DNA of 63,895 nucleotides, counting the filler, from Acetivibrio sp. (GTDB lineage: Bacteria; Bacillota; Clostridia; Acetivibrionales; Acetivibrionaceae): assembly GCF_035371925.1 (NCBI RefSeq). It is 5 parts of 5 records of this genome, joined end to end, with 100 filler letters (N's around TTAATTAATTAA, not from the genome) between each part and the next. Parts side by side here need not be neighbours in the genome. Positions count along the whole stretch, not along the records: positions 1 to 14,353 come from NZ_DAORXT010000074.1; positions 14,454 to 28,797 come from NZ_DAORXT010000075.1; 3 more parts are not named here. One strand, written 5' to 3'. Positions 10,291 through 21,212 of the stretch are shown piece after piece. The translations under genes and the position numbers were made by a program. Every line of letters starts with the position of its first letter. The stretch's first letter is position 1. Below the pieces are notes generated by a model. That model was not told where the DNA came from. It ran no database searches and was given only the letters and a program-made list of their open reading frames with translations.

Positions 10291-10654
10291 ATGAATATAA
10301 ATGTTGTGGAAGAGAACAATGTTAAAATCGCTGTTGTAAAAAGTAGCGATGTATTGATAACTGATGTGCAATCGGCACTGAATTTTATAGCGACTGTAGG
10401 GTTTGAAACAGGTTGTACGCGTATAATTTTGAATAAGTCGGCAATTTGCAATAATTTTTTGACTTGAGCACGAGACTTGCAGGAGAAATATTGCAAAAGT
10501 TTATTAATTATAATACTAAATAGCCATTGTAGGGGACTTTTCCGTTTATACAAGTAAGAGTTTAAAGGATTTTATTTACGAGTGTAATAAAGGAAAAGAT
10601 ATATTTTTCTTGCCTGATGAAAAACAGGCAATAGAAGACTAAGTAGGGTTTAGT
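10291..10654 (+). pseudogene. DUF4180 family protein with two apparent -1 frameshifts (possibly sequencing errors)
   Basis: Restoring one T near 10455-10461 and one A near 10518-10520 gives ...SAICNNFFDLSTRLAGEILQKFINYNTKIAIVGDFSVYTSKSLKDFIYECNKGKDIFF..., the typical DUF4180 motif. Confidence 0.8.
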
Positions 10655-10726
10655 TCTGTTGATGTACGTCATTAATAAAATGCAATAATCGATAAGCGTT
10701 TTTAATTACGTATTAGGGAGGCCTGC

Positions 10727-11359
10727 ATGAATAGCGATAGGAGCATTGATGCCTATAAAAGATTTTATGAAGATATCAATTTCGACAGAGCAGGGTTGTT
10801 TGAAATATTAAAAAAGGAATATGGCTGCAATACGGTTTTATATCCGGGTTGTTCTATACATATAACACCTTCTTTTTATTTCCAGCATGTAGTATATCTG
10901 GACATTAGCAAAACAGCCAAGGATTTCTTTGATGATATTCATAACATTTTAAACTATATAAACAACATTAAAAAATATAAGCAGACTGCTTATGTTCAGT
11001 TTATTCATGCAGATTATACAAAACCGCTCCTGTTAAGAGAAGAGAATTATGATTTACTGGTTGCACTATATGCCGGAGAGATTATTAAGTCGTGTAAGAA
11101 ATATGTCAAGCCCGGTGGCATTATACTAACCAATAATCACCAAAAGGATGCAGAAGAGTCATTAAAGGATCCATCAATTACTTTGGATGGATTGATTTAT
11201 AAAAAAGGAAAGAAATATTTGATAGAGAAAAATAACGTTGGTGATTTTAAAGATATATTTAAAAAATACGGTAATACAAAAAAAGATATGAAAAATTCCG
11301 CTAATGGATTGGAGTATGTAGATAATCAATGTTACTTTGTATTAAGGAAGAGTAAGTAG
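10727..11359 (+). CDS. Putative class I SAM-dependent methyltransferase-like protein
   Basis: VLYPGC motif-I-like segment, VVYLD, YDLLVA..., VKPGGIILT; GGGAGG SD. Confidence 0.6.
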   Translation: MNSDRSIDAYKRFYEDINFDRAGLFEILKKEYGCNTVLYPGCSIHITPSFYFQHVVYLDISKTAKDFFDDIHNILNYINNIKKYKQTAYVQFIHADYTKPLLLREENYDLLVALYAGEIIKSCKKYVKPGGIILTNNHQKDAEESLKDPSITLDGLIYKKGKKYLIEKNNVGDFKDIFKKYGNTKKDMKNSANGLEYVDNQCYFVLRKSK

Positions 11360-11726
11360 GATTATTATGCTATAAAAGCCTTCAGTTAAAAGACTATTTT
11401 ATTTTTTTATCGCAAATTGCGGTATTAAATTGGCAAGATAAGCTCCATGAAAAACAAATATATGGAGAAGAAAGGATATTTACTAAGTGCTGGATTTAAT
11501 GTGAAAAGCTCGGATCATAGAGACTAATAAAACTGTTATTTCAATAAACTACGAAACTGATACCGGACAATACGGAAACATGCTGAGGGAATGGTTTTAC
11601 TGAGTTGACATTGGGAAAAAATGTGTTAATATTGTATAGTGTATACTAAATGGATAAATTTAAAAGTGAAAAGATAAAATCATTAAACAAAAATTAAAAA
11701 TAAATTAAAGAGAAGGAAATGTTGAT

Positions 11727-13058
11727 ATGAAAAACAGAGAACTATTTTCCCAAATAAACCAAGTAATTGCTTCTAAAGATTCTGAGGTGGCTGAACTTAT
11801 TTCAGCAGAGAGTTATCGGCAAAGAAGTACAATTTGCCTTATCCCTTCAGAAAACTATGTTTCTGCCGAGGTGGCTTTGGCGTTGGCTTCACCTTTTACA
11901 AACAAGTATTCTGAAGGATATCCGCATGTTTGGAAGGAAGGCAACTTAATCGACAAAAACGGAAGGTATTATCAGGGACAGGAAAATGCCAATAAACTTG
12001 AGAAATTGGCTATTCAGAGAGCTCTTGAGTTGTTTACGGATAATCCGTCAGCTTATCATGCCAATGTGCAGGCAATCAGTGGAGCACCTGCCAACCTTGC
12101 AGTGATAGGAGCTTTCCTGAAACCGGGAGACACATTAATGGGACTTGCTCTTGATTACGGAGGACACTTGACTCATGGACATAAAGTTAGTGTAACAAGT
12201 CATTATTACAATGCCGTTCACTATACACTGAATGAAGAAGGAAAACTGGATTATGACGAAATTGAAAGACTGGCGGAAGAGTATAAGCCAAAACTTATAA
12301 TTTCAGGAGCAACAGCTTACCCGTTGAAAATTGATTTTGAGCGTTTTGGCAGAATTGCAAAAAAGGTGGGTGCAATTTTATTAGCAGATATTTCTCATAT
12401 TGCCGGTCTGTGTGTGACTGGGGAACATCCGCATCCTTTTCCGCATGCAGATGTAATTACTTCTACCACGCACAAAATACTTAGAGGACCGAGGGCAGGT
12501 GTAATTGTATGTAAAAAAGAATATGGTCCCCAAGTTGACAAAGCTTTATTCCCTGCATTGCAGGGCGGACCTCATATGAACACAATTGCAGCAATGGCTG
12601 TTGCATTTAAGGAAGCAATGTCTGAGGAATATAAAGCATATGCGAAACAAGTTGTGAAAAATGCAAAAGTATTGTCTGAGAAGCTGAAAGAATATAAATT
12701 TAAGCTGATTTCAGGGGGCACTGAAAATCATTTGATTCTTATAGATGTGGTGAATAATGAAAACGGTGTTACTGTAAAAAATGCAAGTTGGTTTGCTGAG
12801 AGGTTAGAATTGGCTGGAATTGTAACTAATAAAAATACAGTTCCGGGAGATGCCAAACCATGGAATCCATCAGGAATTAGAATGGGAACACCTGCAGTTA
12901 CTACTTTAGGTATGAAAGAGAAGGAAATGGAAAAAATAGCCGAATTGATATGGTTAACTGCAAAGCATGCAGAAGATGATTCAAAAATAGCTGAGATAAG
13001 ATCTGAAGTGGAATTGTTGGTAAGCAAGTTTACAGAAGATAGTAATTTCATTATATAA
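11727..13058 (+). CDS. glyA: Serine hydroxymethyltransferase
   Basis: LIPSENY, NKYSEGYP, GGHLTHG, TTTHKILRGPR (PLP lysine), QGGPHMN, SGIRMGTPAVT. Confidence 0.97.
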   Translation: MKNRELFSQINQVIASKDSEVAELISAESYRQRSTICLIPSENYVSAEVALALASPFTNKYSEGYPHVWKEGNLIDKNGRYYQGQENANKLEKLAIQRALELFTDNPSAYHANVQAISGAPANLAVIGAFLKPGDTLMGLALDYGGHLTHGHKVSVTSHYYNAVHYTLNEEGKLDYDEIERLAEEYKPKLIISGATAYPLKIDFERFGRIAKKVGAILLADISHIAGLCVTGEHPHPFPHADVITSTTHKILRGPRAGVIVCKKEYGPQVDKALFPALQGGPHMNTIAAMAVAFKEAMSEEYKAYAKQVVKNAKVLSEKLKEYKFKLISGGTENHLILIDVVNNENGVTVKNASWFAERLELAGIVTNKNTVPGDAKPWNPSGIRMGTPAVTTLGMKEKEMEKIAELIWLTAKHAEDDSKIAEIRSEVELLVSKFTEDSNFII

Positions 13059-13088
13059 ATTCCGATTTAATAGGATAATAAGTGAGAT

Positions 13089-13133
13089 AAATGTGGTTGC
13101 CGGGGAATCGAGATTTTTCATGGCAGCCACATT
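13089..13133 (+). terminator. Probable intrinsic terminator after glyA
   Basis: AAATGTGGTTGCC pairs with GGCAGCCACATTT. Confidence 0.55.
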
Positions 13134-13310
13134 TTGTCATGTTTGTTTTTTATTCATTGTTACTTAGGCAATCTGAGAATTTAGCATTACCCATCTTGTT
13201 TCATTTCAAATGGAATTATGTTATAGTAGAGTCGCATATATTTATTTGCACAAATACGGGATTATAGAGAATTAATAATGAAATACTGTGATTTAGAGAG
13301 GTTTGTATAA

Positions 13311-13958
13311 ATGTTTTTGTGGGGAATATTTATCAGCGCTTTTATAATAGGCTTTTCAGGTGCATTGATGCCTGGTCCGATGCTTGGGATTACGATTAAC
13401 GGCAGCCTAAAAAAAGGGTGGAAAGCAGGACCTTTGATAGTTTTGGGGCATGGAATACTGGAAATTATATTGGTTATTACCATGACTTTCGGGCTTAAAG
13501 ATTTATTCGCTAATAAGACGGTTGCAGGAGTTATCGGATTAATTGGCGGTGCTTTTCTTGCATGGATGGGGTATGGTATGATAAAATCCGGTATCGGCAA
13601 ATCCGTTTCTTTGGAGAGCCAAAGGACGGATAACGGAACCGAAATGGGCAATCTTGTTTTGACAGGAATAATTGTGAGTGCCACCAATCCGTATTTTATT
13701 CTGTGGTGGGCATCGACAGGTGTGGAATCGGTACGTCAGTCTTATGTGTTTGGACTGTTTGGTGTTTTGGTCTTTTTCATAGGACACATATTATCGGATT
13801 TTGTATGGTATTCGGCTATTTCCATCGCCTTTTCCGGCGGCAAAAAATTAATAAGCGATACCGTATATAGCTGGATTGTTATATTGTTGGGCTTATTTCT
13901 TGTAGCGTTTTCCATATATTTTATAGGCAGTGGCTGGAAGATGCTGTTAGGTATGTAG
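13311..13958 (+). CDS. LysE family translocator
   Basis: GFSGALMPGPM, GHGILE and SATNPYFILWW motifs. Confidence 0.9.
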   Translation: MFLWGIFISAFIIGFSGALMPGPMLGITINGSLKKGWKAGPLIVLGHGILEIILVITMTFGLKDLFANKTVAGVIGLIGGAFLAWMGYGMIKSGIGKSVSLESQRTDNGTEMGNLVLTGIIVSATNPYFILWWASTGVESVRQSYVFGLFGVLVFFIGHILSDFVWYSAISIAFSGGKKLISDTVYSWIVILLGLFLVAFSIYFIGSGWKMLLGM

Positions 13959-14353
13959 ATTGAATTATTATTTATGTAGGTTGAACTATTATTTATTATG
14001 AAATAAATCTTATAATTCATTCAAAAACTTACGATTATATTTACATTGTGTAAACTGAATTCCGTTTTTCATGAATTAATTAAATCAAATTTTTTTGCAA
14101 ATTCAATCTTAGATAATAAAGATATTAAGTTTGAAAATTATAGTTTATTAAATGCAGAATATAAAGGAATATCACTTGATTTATTGAAAAAGTCCTCAGT
14201 CACCGATTGAACTTTTAAAGAGCAATGAAATTTATACAAAGCAAAAGGGATTTAAATAACGATTCAAATATCTAAAAAGAAATCTTAAAAAATTCAAGAG
14301 ATGATTGTCCCACAAAAAGCTAGAAAATATAAACAAATAGAGCAAAATATGAT

Positions 14354-14453
14354 NNNNNNNNNNNNNNNNNNNNNNNNNNNNNNNNNNNNNNNNNNNNTTA
14401 ATTAATTAANNNNNNNNNNNNNNNNNNNNNNNNNNNNNNNNNNNNNNNNNNNN
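14354..14453. other. Artificial contig linker
   Basis: 100 bp of N with a central TTAATTAATTAA six-frame stop. Confidence 0.99.
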
Positions 14454-14607
14454 TTATCCCAATAATTAACATTTAGCTGGTTTTCCAGTTACTTTTCGAG
14501 AATATTCTTTTTTATTCTTCTTTATCTCTAAAACACCCTGTTGTAAAAATTAAACTGCTGCAACGCTTTGATAAAACATATTAGTCCGTAAGTATCAATT
14601 AAGACTG

Positions 14608-15429
14608 TCAAAGGCTGTATATACCGACTGTTATATATTTTTCATCATTAAATGGCGTTGTTACATACATAACCTTCGGAACAAAAGATTTTGAAACAAA
14701 AGTCGAGCCGGCAAGTTCGTATGGTTCGGAGAGTGACGGTAAGGCATAAAGTCTGATTTTAACAGATCTTCCTGAGGCATTGTAAAGCTCAAGAAGAAAA
14801 GTTGAATCCTCTTTATTGGTCTTACCTTTTACATATATTCTAACTTCATTGGTTCCTTCCACTTCTTTTATTTCTATTTCATCAAGAGAGAATGTCATGT
14901 CTTTGTAAGTATACTCACTGCCTAAGCTTTTCTTTTCCACAACCGGCAACGGCTCTCCTGAGGAGGACGCGGGCATAGTTATATATACGGACTTTGTGCT
15001 GTCATCCCATGCAACATCTGCTCCGCAATTTTCGCTTACAAACCTTAACGGAACAAAAGTCCTGTTGTTGGTTATTTCAGCGGGTACATCAAGTTCCTTT
15101 TCCTGTCCGTTTACAAGGGCAATCTTTTTCCCGATATAAAGAGTCATTTCAATGTTGTTGCCTTTGGCTGTAACCATACGAAGCACAGGATCCCAGCCAA
15201 CATCCATGCCCAAAGCTTCAAATATTCTACGGAACGGAATAAGAGTTCTTCCTTCCTTAATATAAGGAGCCGGGTCATCCGCGTTGGTTCCGAATTCCAT
15301 TAGTTTACCGTTAAAATATACTTTTACGTTGGTGGACGCTAAGCTTTGAAGAGTAGTTGATAGAAACAACATACAGAGCAGAGTAGTGTAGAGAACGAAA
15401 CGAAAAGCAAGAGATTTTAAGTTTTTCAT
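14608..15429 (-). CDS. Secreted copper-amine-oxidase N-terminal (stalk) domain protein
   Basis: Signal peptide; GRTLIPFRRIFEALG..V.WD and NRTFVPLRFVSE..G..V.WD repeats. Confidence 0.85.
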   Translation of the reverse strand: MKNLKSLAFRFVLYTTLLCMLFLSTTLQSLASTNVKVYFNGKLMEFGTNADDPAPYIKEGRTLIPFRRIFEALGMDVGWDPVLRMVTAKGNNIEMTLYIGKKIALVNGQEKELDVPAEITNNRTFVPLRFVSENCGADVAWDDSTKSVYITMPASSSGEPLPVVEKKSLGSEYTYKDMTFSLDEIEIKEVEGTNEVRIYVKGKTNKEDSTFLLELYNASGRSVKIRLYALPSLSEPYELAGSTFVSKSFVPKVMYVTTPFNDEKYITVGIYSL

Positions 15430-15825
15430 TGTGATTCCTCCCCAAAATTTCTTATCTTTAATAATCTCTTCTTTTATTTATATGGTCATTACTTATGCTT
15501 GTGAACAACAAGCATAACGAAGCCGGTTTTATCACTCCTCTTTCGTGTATGATGACATAAGTAAAACTACAGATGTCATTTAAAAGGAAAAATATACTTT
15601 TTTCCATTATCATTATATCGCAAATTGGATGAAAAATAAAGCTATTTTTGCCATTTGTACAAGGAAAAAATGTTTTTTTCAGGATGTTGATGAAATGATT
15701 TGAGTATAAAGGCTTAATCACTAAAAACAATAAAAAAATTTAGGAAATTATAATTTTATTACTTAATTATTCCGATATATAGATAGCAAGGTCAAAAAAA
15801 ATATTAGGATAGAAGGCGAGAAGTT

Positions 15826-16668
15826 ATGGATATAGCTACTCTTTTAGGAATAATTTTAGGCTTCGGATTTACAATATGGTCTATTCTGTACGGAGGAAGT
15901 ATATGGTCCTTCTGGGATGTCCCTTCGGTAATTATTGTTATTGGAGGAGGTCTTTGCGCTACACTCGTTTCCTGCAAAATCACCGAATTTGCAAAGATCA
16001 TGAAGGTGGTTGTAAAAGTATTGGGGGGAAAAGAACCGAGGCCGCAGGATACCATCAGGTTGCTTGTCGAGCTTTCGCTTAAAGCGCGAAGAGAAGGTTT
16101 GCTTTCTTTAGAGTCCGAACAGGAAAATATCGATAATGACTTTCTGAAGCAGTCTCTTCAACTGGTTGTTGACGGTGTTGAACCGGAAGTCATAGTCGAT
16201 ACAATGGACCTTGAATTGGAGAACATGAAAGCCCGACATGACAAAGGTGCAGGATTGTTTAAAACCATGGCTGCGCAGTTCCCTGCATGGGGAATGATAG
16301 GTACTCTTATAGGTCTGATACAGCTGCTGGAATCATTGGATGACCCGTCAAAAATCGGATCTGCTATGGCGGTAGCGTTGGTTACGACCTTTTATGGAAG
16401 TATTCTTGCCAACCTGATATGCAACCCTATTGCAAGCAAGCTGAACCAAAAGAGTAAAGAAGAAATACAGGAAAAAAAGATGATTATAGAAGGTGTTTTA
16501 TCCATACAGGCGGGAGAAAACCCAAGAATATTGGAACATAAACTGAAAACCTTCCTTTCGCCAAAGCAAAAGCTTGAATATGACATGATGACAGGACAGG
16601 CCTCAGAAGACGGCAAAAGAAATGAGAGAAGCGAGAGAAATGAAAAAGGCAGAGAGGCTGCTGTGTAA
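15826..16668 (+). CDS. motA: Flagellar stator protein MotA
   Basis: ARREGLLSLE, PAWGMIGTLIGLI, AVALVTTFYG, IQAGENP. Confidence 0.95.
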   Translation: MDIATLLGIILGFGFTIWSILYGGSIWSFWDVPSVIIVIGGGLCATLVSCKITEFAKIMKVVVKVLGGKEPRPQDTIRLLVELSLKARREGLLSLESEQENIDNDFLKQSLQLVVDGVEPEVIVDTMDLELENMKARHDKGAGLFKTMAAQFPAWGMIGTLIGLIQLLESLDDPSKIGSAMAVALVTTFYGSILANLICNPIASKLNQKSKEEIQEKKMIIEGVLSIQAGENPRILEHKLKTFLSPKQKLEYDMMTGQASEDGKRNERSERNEKGREAAV

Positions 16669-16682
16669 GCGAGGTGTAATTT

Positions 16683-17480
16683 ATGAAAAAATTGAGAAGA
16701 CAGTTGGAGGACGATCCACCATCAGAGGGTGCGCCCGAATGGTTGCAGACTTACAGTGACATGGTTACACTAGTGCTTACCTTTTTTGTACTCTTGTTCT
16801 CCATGTCGACTGTTAGTGAGGAAAAATTCAAACAGATTACCAATTCTTTGAGTGCAGCCTTTATGGGAACCGGCAGCGGAGGAATATATGGTTACAATGA
16901 CGGAACATTAGTATACAATGTAAAGGAAAACAATGTGACCGGTGACATACTGGAGGATGGTGATGAAGCTTTTAATGAAGGAAAAAGTGCCGAAATCGGA
17001 GCGTTTACAGGAGGAAATGCAGAAGCGGAAGCTCAAAAAATCGAAGATTTTATTGATGAGGTACAGAATCTTGTTGAAGAGATGGACTTGGACGAATATG
17101 TAAAGATAATTGATGAAAATGAAAATTTGACGGTCAGAATAAATTCTGTCATACTCTTTGACCTTGGTAAAGCAGATATAAAGGAAACCGGAAAAGAAAC
17201 GTTAAAGAAGATTGGAGCGTTAATAAAAGAACTAAATAAAAACGCTATTGTGCAGGGACATACGGACAATCTTCCGATAAACACAATGCTGTTTCCTACA
17301 AACTGGGAATTGTCAACAAAGAGGGCAACCAATGTCGTGTTGTTTCTCGTAGAGGAATGCGGCGTAGATCCGGTAAAAATGACTGCTACAGGTAATGGAG
17401 AATTTAGGCCTATAGCACCCAACGACACGGAAGAGAACAGGCAGAAGAACAGGAGAATCGATATCGTAATAGATAAATAA
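16683..17480 (+). CDS. motB: Flagellar stator protein MotB
   Basis: WLQTYSDMVTLVLTFFVLL plus OmpA-like domain (GHTDN..NWELS..RA..NRRIDIV). Confidence 0.95.
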   Translation: MKKLRRQLEDDPPSEGAPEWLQTYSDMVTLVLTFFVLLFSMSTVSEEKFKQITNSLSAAFMGTGSGGIYGYNDGTLVYNVKENNVTGDILEDGDEAFNEGKSAEIGAFTGGNAEAEAQKIEDFIDEVQNLVEEMDLDEYVKIIDENENLTVRINSVILFDLGKADIKETGKETLKKIGALIKELNKNAIVQGHTDNLPINTMLFPTNWELSTKRATNVVLFLVEECGVDPVKMTATGNGEFRPIAPNDTEENRQKNRRIDIVIDK

Positions 17481-17733
17481 CGATACATAGAATTGTGATA
17501 ATAAAAGGCTTTATGGGAAATATAAAACCATAAAGTCTTTTTTAGTTTTCGAAATCGTATGATACAGTAGAAATATCAGGCTCCAATGCCATAGATAGGA
17601 GGAAAAAACGTTTGAGGGCCTGAAATGAGTGGAATCATTAAAAATGAGTGAAATTGCCACTCTAGAGTTTTTGTTGAGTTTGCAAGTTGAATAATGTATA
17701 ATGAATTTAATAAAATTATAAGTGAGGTCTAGA

Positions 17734-18690
17734 ATGAAACAGGATATTTTTAAGAAACCGAGGCATATGACCAGCATAGGGGGACAGGCCCTGATTGAAG
17801 GACTGATGATGATAGGCCCTAAGAATGCTGCAATTGCGATAAGAAAGCCTGACGGAGAAATCATCGTGGAAAAAAGACCTGTTCCCAAAAAGGGCAGGAT
17901 GGCCAAGCTTCCGATAATTCGAGGATTTGTAGGCATTTTCAAGCAGATGGTTCTCGGAATCAAGGCATTGATGTATTCGGCAGAGTTTGTAGATTTGGAA
18001 GAGGATGGGGATAAAGAGCCGTCTAAAGTGGATAAGTTCCTTGACCGGGTTTTAGGTGACAAGCTTCAGGATGTGTTGATTTATATTTCTGTTGTTCTTT
18101 CACTTATTTTCAGTGTATTTTTATTTATGGTGCTTCCAAACCTGGCTGCCTCAATTTTGCCCATTGACAAATCAACAGGTGTGGGTTCAATAATATATAA
18201 TGTTGTTGAGGGTGTTGTCAGAGTCGTGCTTTTTATACTGTATTTGGCTTTAACATCGACAATGAAGGATATCAAGAGGGTTTGGCAGTATCACGGCGCA
18301 GAGCACAAGACCATACATTGCTATGAGAATGAAGAAGAGCTTACAGTTGAGAATGTCAAAAAATATTCCACAAGACATCCCCGCTGCGGAACATCCTTTC
18401 TGTTTACGGTTATGATAGTAAGTATATTGGTGTTTTCGCTGGTGGGACAACATGGCCTGTGGATAAACATTCTTCTTAGAGTCGTTTTGATTCCTTTGGT
18501 AGCCGGTATTTCCTATGAGGTTATAAAGATAAGCGGAAGAAGCCAGTCAAGCCTGGCAAGGATTATCAACGCACCGGGGTTGATGTTCCAGGCATTTACA
18601 ACAAGAGAGCCGGATGACAGTCAGATAGAGGTGGCTATTGAGGCTATGAAAAGTGTAATGGTGGAGAATAAGGAAGAAGACAAATGGTGA
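17734..18690 (+). CDS. DUF1385 domain protein
   Basis: IGGQALIEG, YHGAEHKTI and HPRCGTSF motifs. Confidence 0.9.
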   Translation: MKQDIFKKPRHMTSIGGQALIEGLMMIGPKNAAIAIRKPDGEIIVEKRPVPKKGRMAKLPIIRGFVGIFKQMVLGIKALMYSAEFVDLEEDGDKEPSKVDKFLDRVLGDKLQDVLIYISVVLSLIFSVFLFMVLPNLAASILPIDKSTGVGSIIYNVVEGVVRVVLFILYLALTSTMKDIKRVWQYHGAEHKTIHCYENEEELTVENVKKYSTRHPRCGTSFLFTVMIVSILVFSLVGQHGLWINILLRVVLIPLVAGISYEVIKISGRSQSSLARIINAPGLMFQAFTTREPDDSQIEVAIEAMKSVMVENKEEDKW

Positions 18691-18702
18691 CAGGGTGGTA
18701 GT

Positions 18703-19599
18703 GTGATACTAAAGGATGCACTTTTAAACGGGACAAAGATTTTAAAGTCAGCGGATATAGATACCCCGGTACTGGAGGCCGGGGTACTTTTGTGCCATGT
18801 ATTGAATGTGGACAGAAGTTTTTTGTATTCTCATGATGATTACAACATGACTGATGAGGAGCAAGAAAAATTTGTCTCATTACTTGAGGAGAGAATTAAG
18901 GGAAAGCCTCTTCAGTATATAACCGGACATCAGGAATTTATGTCTCTGGACTTTATTGTAACTCCGGATGTGCTGATACCCAGACAGGATACCGAGACCC
19001 TTGTGGAGACTGTATTGAGACATATAAAGGATACCGGGCTTAAGAATGCAAGAATACTGGATATTGGTACCGGATCGGGATGTATAGCTGTAAGCCTTGC
19101 CTACTTTTTAAAGGATTCTGGGGTTTTTGCTTTGGATATTTCAGAGGGGGCGCTGCAAATTGCCGGAACCAATGCCAAAAGGTGCGGTGTGGAGGACAGG
19201 GTGTTTTTTCTCAAGGGAGATGCATTGGGAGGACTTGCTGATATTATAGCCCAAAGCCTGGTTATAAAAGAATTTGAGCGAGGAGATGAAGGTATCTTTG
19301 ACATCATTGTTTCAAATCCTCCCTATATACCTAAAGAAGAAATAAAAACCCTTCACAGGCAGGTAAAGGATTTTGAGCCTCGTACAGCACTGGATGGAGG
19401 AGAAGACGGTCTTGACTTTTATAGAGCAATAACCTGTGAAGCTCAAAAGATTTTAAAACCGGGTTCGTTGCTGGCTTTCGAAGTGGGCTATGATCAAGCG
19501 GAAAAGGTTTTCGGTATCATGGAAAAAAATTTCTGCGGCATTGAAGTTGTAAAAGATTTGACCGGAATTGACCGGGTGGTTATGGGGTATAGAAAGTAG
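18703..19599 (+). CDS. prmC: Release factor glutamine methyltransferase
   Basis: PLQYITG, VLIPRQDTE, LDIGTGSGCIA, VSNPPY, DGGEDGLDFY. Confidence 0.95.
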   Translation: MILKDALLNGTKILKSADIDTPVLEAGVLLCHVLNVDRSFLYSHDDYNMTDEEQEKFVSLLEERIKGKPLQYITGHQEFMSLDFIVTPDVLIPRQDTETLVETVLRHIKDTGLKNARILDIGTGSGCIAVSLAYFLKDSGVFALDISEGALQIAGTNAKRCGVEDRVFFLKGDALGGLADIIAQSLVIKEFERGDEGIFDIIVSNPPYIPKEEIKTLHRQVKDFEPRTALDGGEDGLDFYRAITCEAQKILKPGSLLAFEVGYDQAEKVFGIMEKNFCGIEVVKDLTGIDRVVMGYRK

Positions 19600-19607
19600 C
19601 CGGAGCA

Positions 19608-20675
19608 TCAGTCGCTTCCCACGCTTATAAGGCCGGATTTGTGAAGACTTTTTAAAATTGTTACAAATATGGGGCCTATGAAAAGTCCCGGAAAACCGAA
19701 GAGCATCATTCCTAGATACATGGAAACAAGGGTTGCGAAGGGATGAATTCCTGTCTGGCTTGAAACAATTTTCGGTTCAATTATCTGCCTTAAAATTACA
19801 CCTAAAAGGTATACCGCGGTTATGCCCAGAGCCATTTGAATGTTTCCGGCGATAATATTCCAGGCAATAAGCGGAAACAAAACTATGCCTGTTCCCACAA
19901 TGGGAAGTATATCTGCCATTGCGGCGATAAAGCCTATTAGTACTGCGTATTCGGATTTTATGGCAATAAGGCCCAAAGTGGTTTCAATGAAGGTAATGCA
20001 CATGAGTATGAGCTGTGCCTTTATGTATCCGGCTATTGTTGAAAAGGTGTCGCTTTTAATTCCGATAAAATCTTGCTTGAGATTTACAGGGAGCTGCTTG
20101 TAAATAAAATTTCCGATCTTTTTCCGGTCTCTGCTTATAAAATAGGAGGACAAGAGTGTGACGGTAATAAATACTGCAACTTTGGGTATTGAGGCAATAC
20201 TGTTTATAATTGATTCGGCTATGCGGCCGGTTATAATCTCGAGCTTGGGCAGTAAAGCTTTAAGATTGCTTTCAAAGACATCGGACAGGCTTTCCGGAAG
20301 ATAGTAGTAAAAAACACTCACGCGGTTGTAACAAGCCGATGCGGTGGCAGAAAAGGACTCCATATAGTAAGGGAGGTTGGCATTAAGCTTTACAAGTTCA
20401 TAATATACTTTAAACACACATAAGGAGATAAATGCGATAATTGCACTTACCGTCAAAACGAGGGATATAAACGATGCGATACTTCTTCTAAGCCGTAGTT
20501 TTGACTCCAAATAGCTTATAACAGGCTCATTGACACAGGAGATTATTACGGCAATTAGAAAAGGCAGAATAAGAGCCAGAAAATAATTCATGATTATATA
20601 GGTCAAAAATAGCAGCATAAGTACGAGCAGCAGGCTAATTATTGTTTTTTTATGCTTTTCCAATAAAAATTTCAT
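19608..20675 (-). CDS. ytvI: Sporulation integral membrane protein YtvI (AI-2E family)
   Basis: DILPIVG, RQIIEPKIV..TGIHP..TL, GLFIGP motifs. Confidence 0.88.
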   Translation of the reverse strand: MKFLLEKHKKTIISLLLVLMLLFLTYIIMNYFLALILPFLIAVIISCVNEPVISYLESKLRLRRSIASFISLVLTVSAIIAFISLCVFKVYYELVKLNANLPYYMESFSATASACYNRVSVFYYYLPESLSDVFESNLKALLPKLEIITGRIAESIINSIASIPKVAVFITVTLLSSYFISRDRKKIGNFIYKQLPVNLKQDFIGIKSDTFSTIAGYIKAQLILMCITFIETTLGLIAIKSEYAVLIGFIAAMADILPIVGTGIVLFPLIAWNIIAGNIQMALGITAVYLLGVILRQIIEPKIVSSQTGIHPFATLVSMYLGMMLFGFPGLFIGPIFVTILKSLHKSGLISVGSD

Positions 20676-20861
20676 ATCTTTGTATCTCCATTATTTTTAT
20701 TTAGAATACCTGGTTATGCCTTAAGCAAAAATCCTATATAAATATATATGACGGTAGATTTATAAAAAAACCGATGCAAAAGAATATTAAGATAACAGTG
20801 CCTTTCAAAAAAGGGGATACAAACAGTTATTAAAAGATATTGAAAATTGGTAAATTCTTAT

Positions 20862-20890
20862 TTGACTTATTTGTGAGTTGTAAATATAAT
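20862..20890 (+). promoter_or_regulatory. Putative sigma-A promoter upstream of the rnf operon
   Basis: TTGACT-N17-TATAAT. Confidence 0.55.
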
Positions 20891-21212
20891 ATTCAGTGTA
20901 AAAACAATAGCCTACCGAAAAATAAAAAGGACCCGTCAATGGGGATGGGTTTTATCGCTCTATTCGAACAGTGTGCTACAGAGACTGCTCATTTTTAATT
21001 TGTATTGCGGGACAATCTATGTTGTATACAATATACCTTGAAACACATCAAAAATCCAGCAATTTTGCATGATAGTAATAATTACCTGATTCGAAATATT
21101 CTAATACAATTGCTGATATGTTATTATAAAAGAGTGGGCATTTAAAATACACATATTTGTGGTGTTAAAATTTTATTTTAGTAAAAAAACTATTTAAAAT
21201 GGGGTCATACAA

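Noticed and set aside
11400..11726. ZTP/pfl or other riboswitch upstream of glyA
   Set aside because: No match to the conserved aptamer nucleotides.
14398..14409. TTAATTAATTAA recurring about every 14.3 kb
   Set aside because: Six-frame-stop assembly linker inside N runs; the periodicity reflects size-sorted contigs.
20870..20890. Rex operator at the rnf promoter
   Set aside because: Only the TTGTGA half resembles the consensus; there is no palindromic partner.
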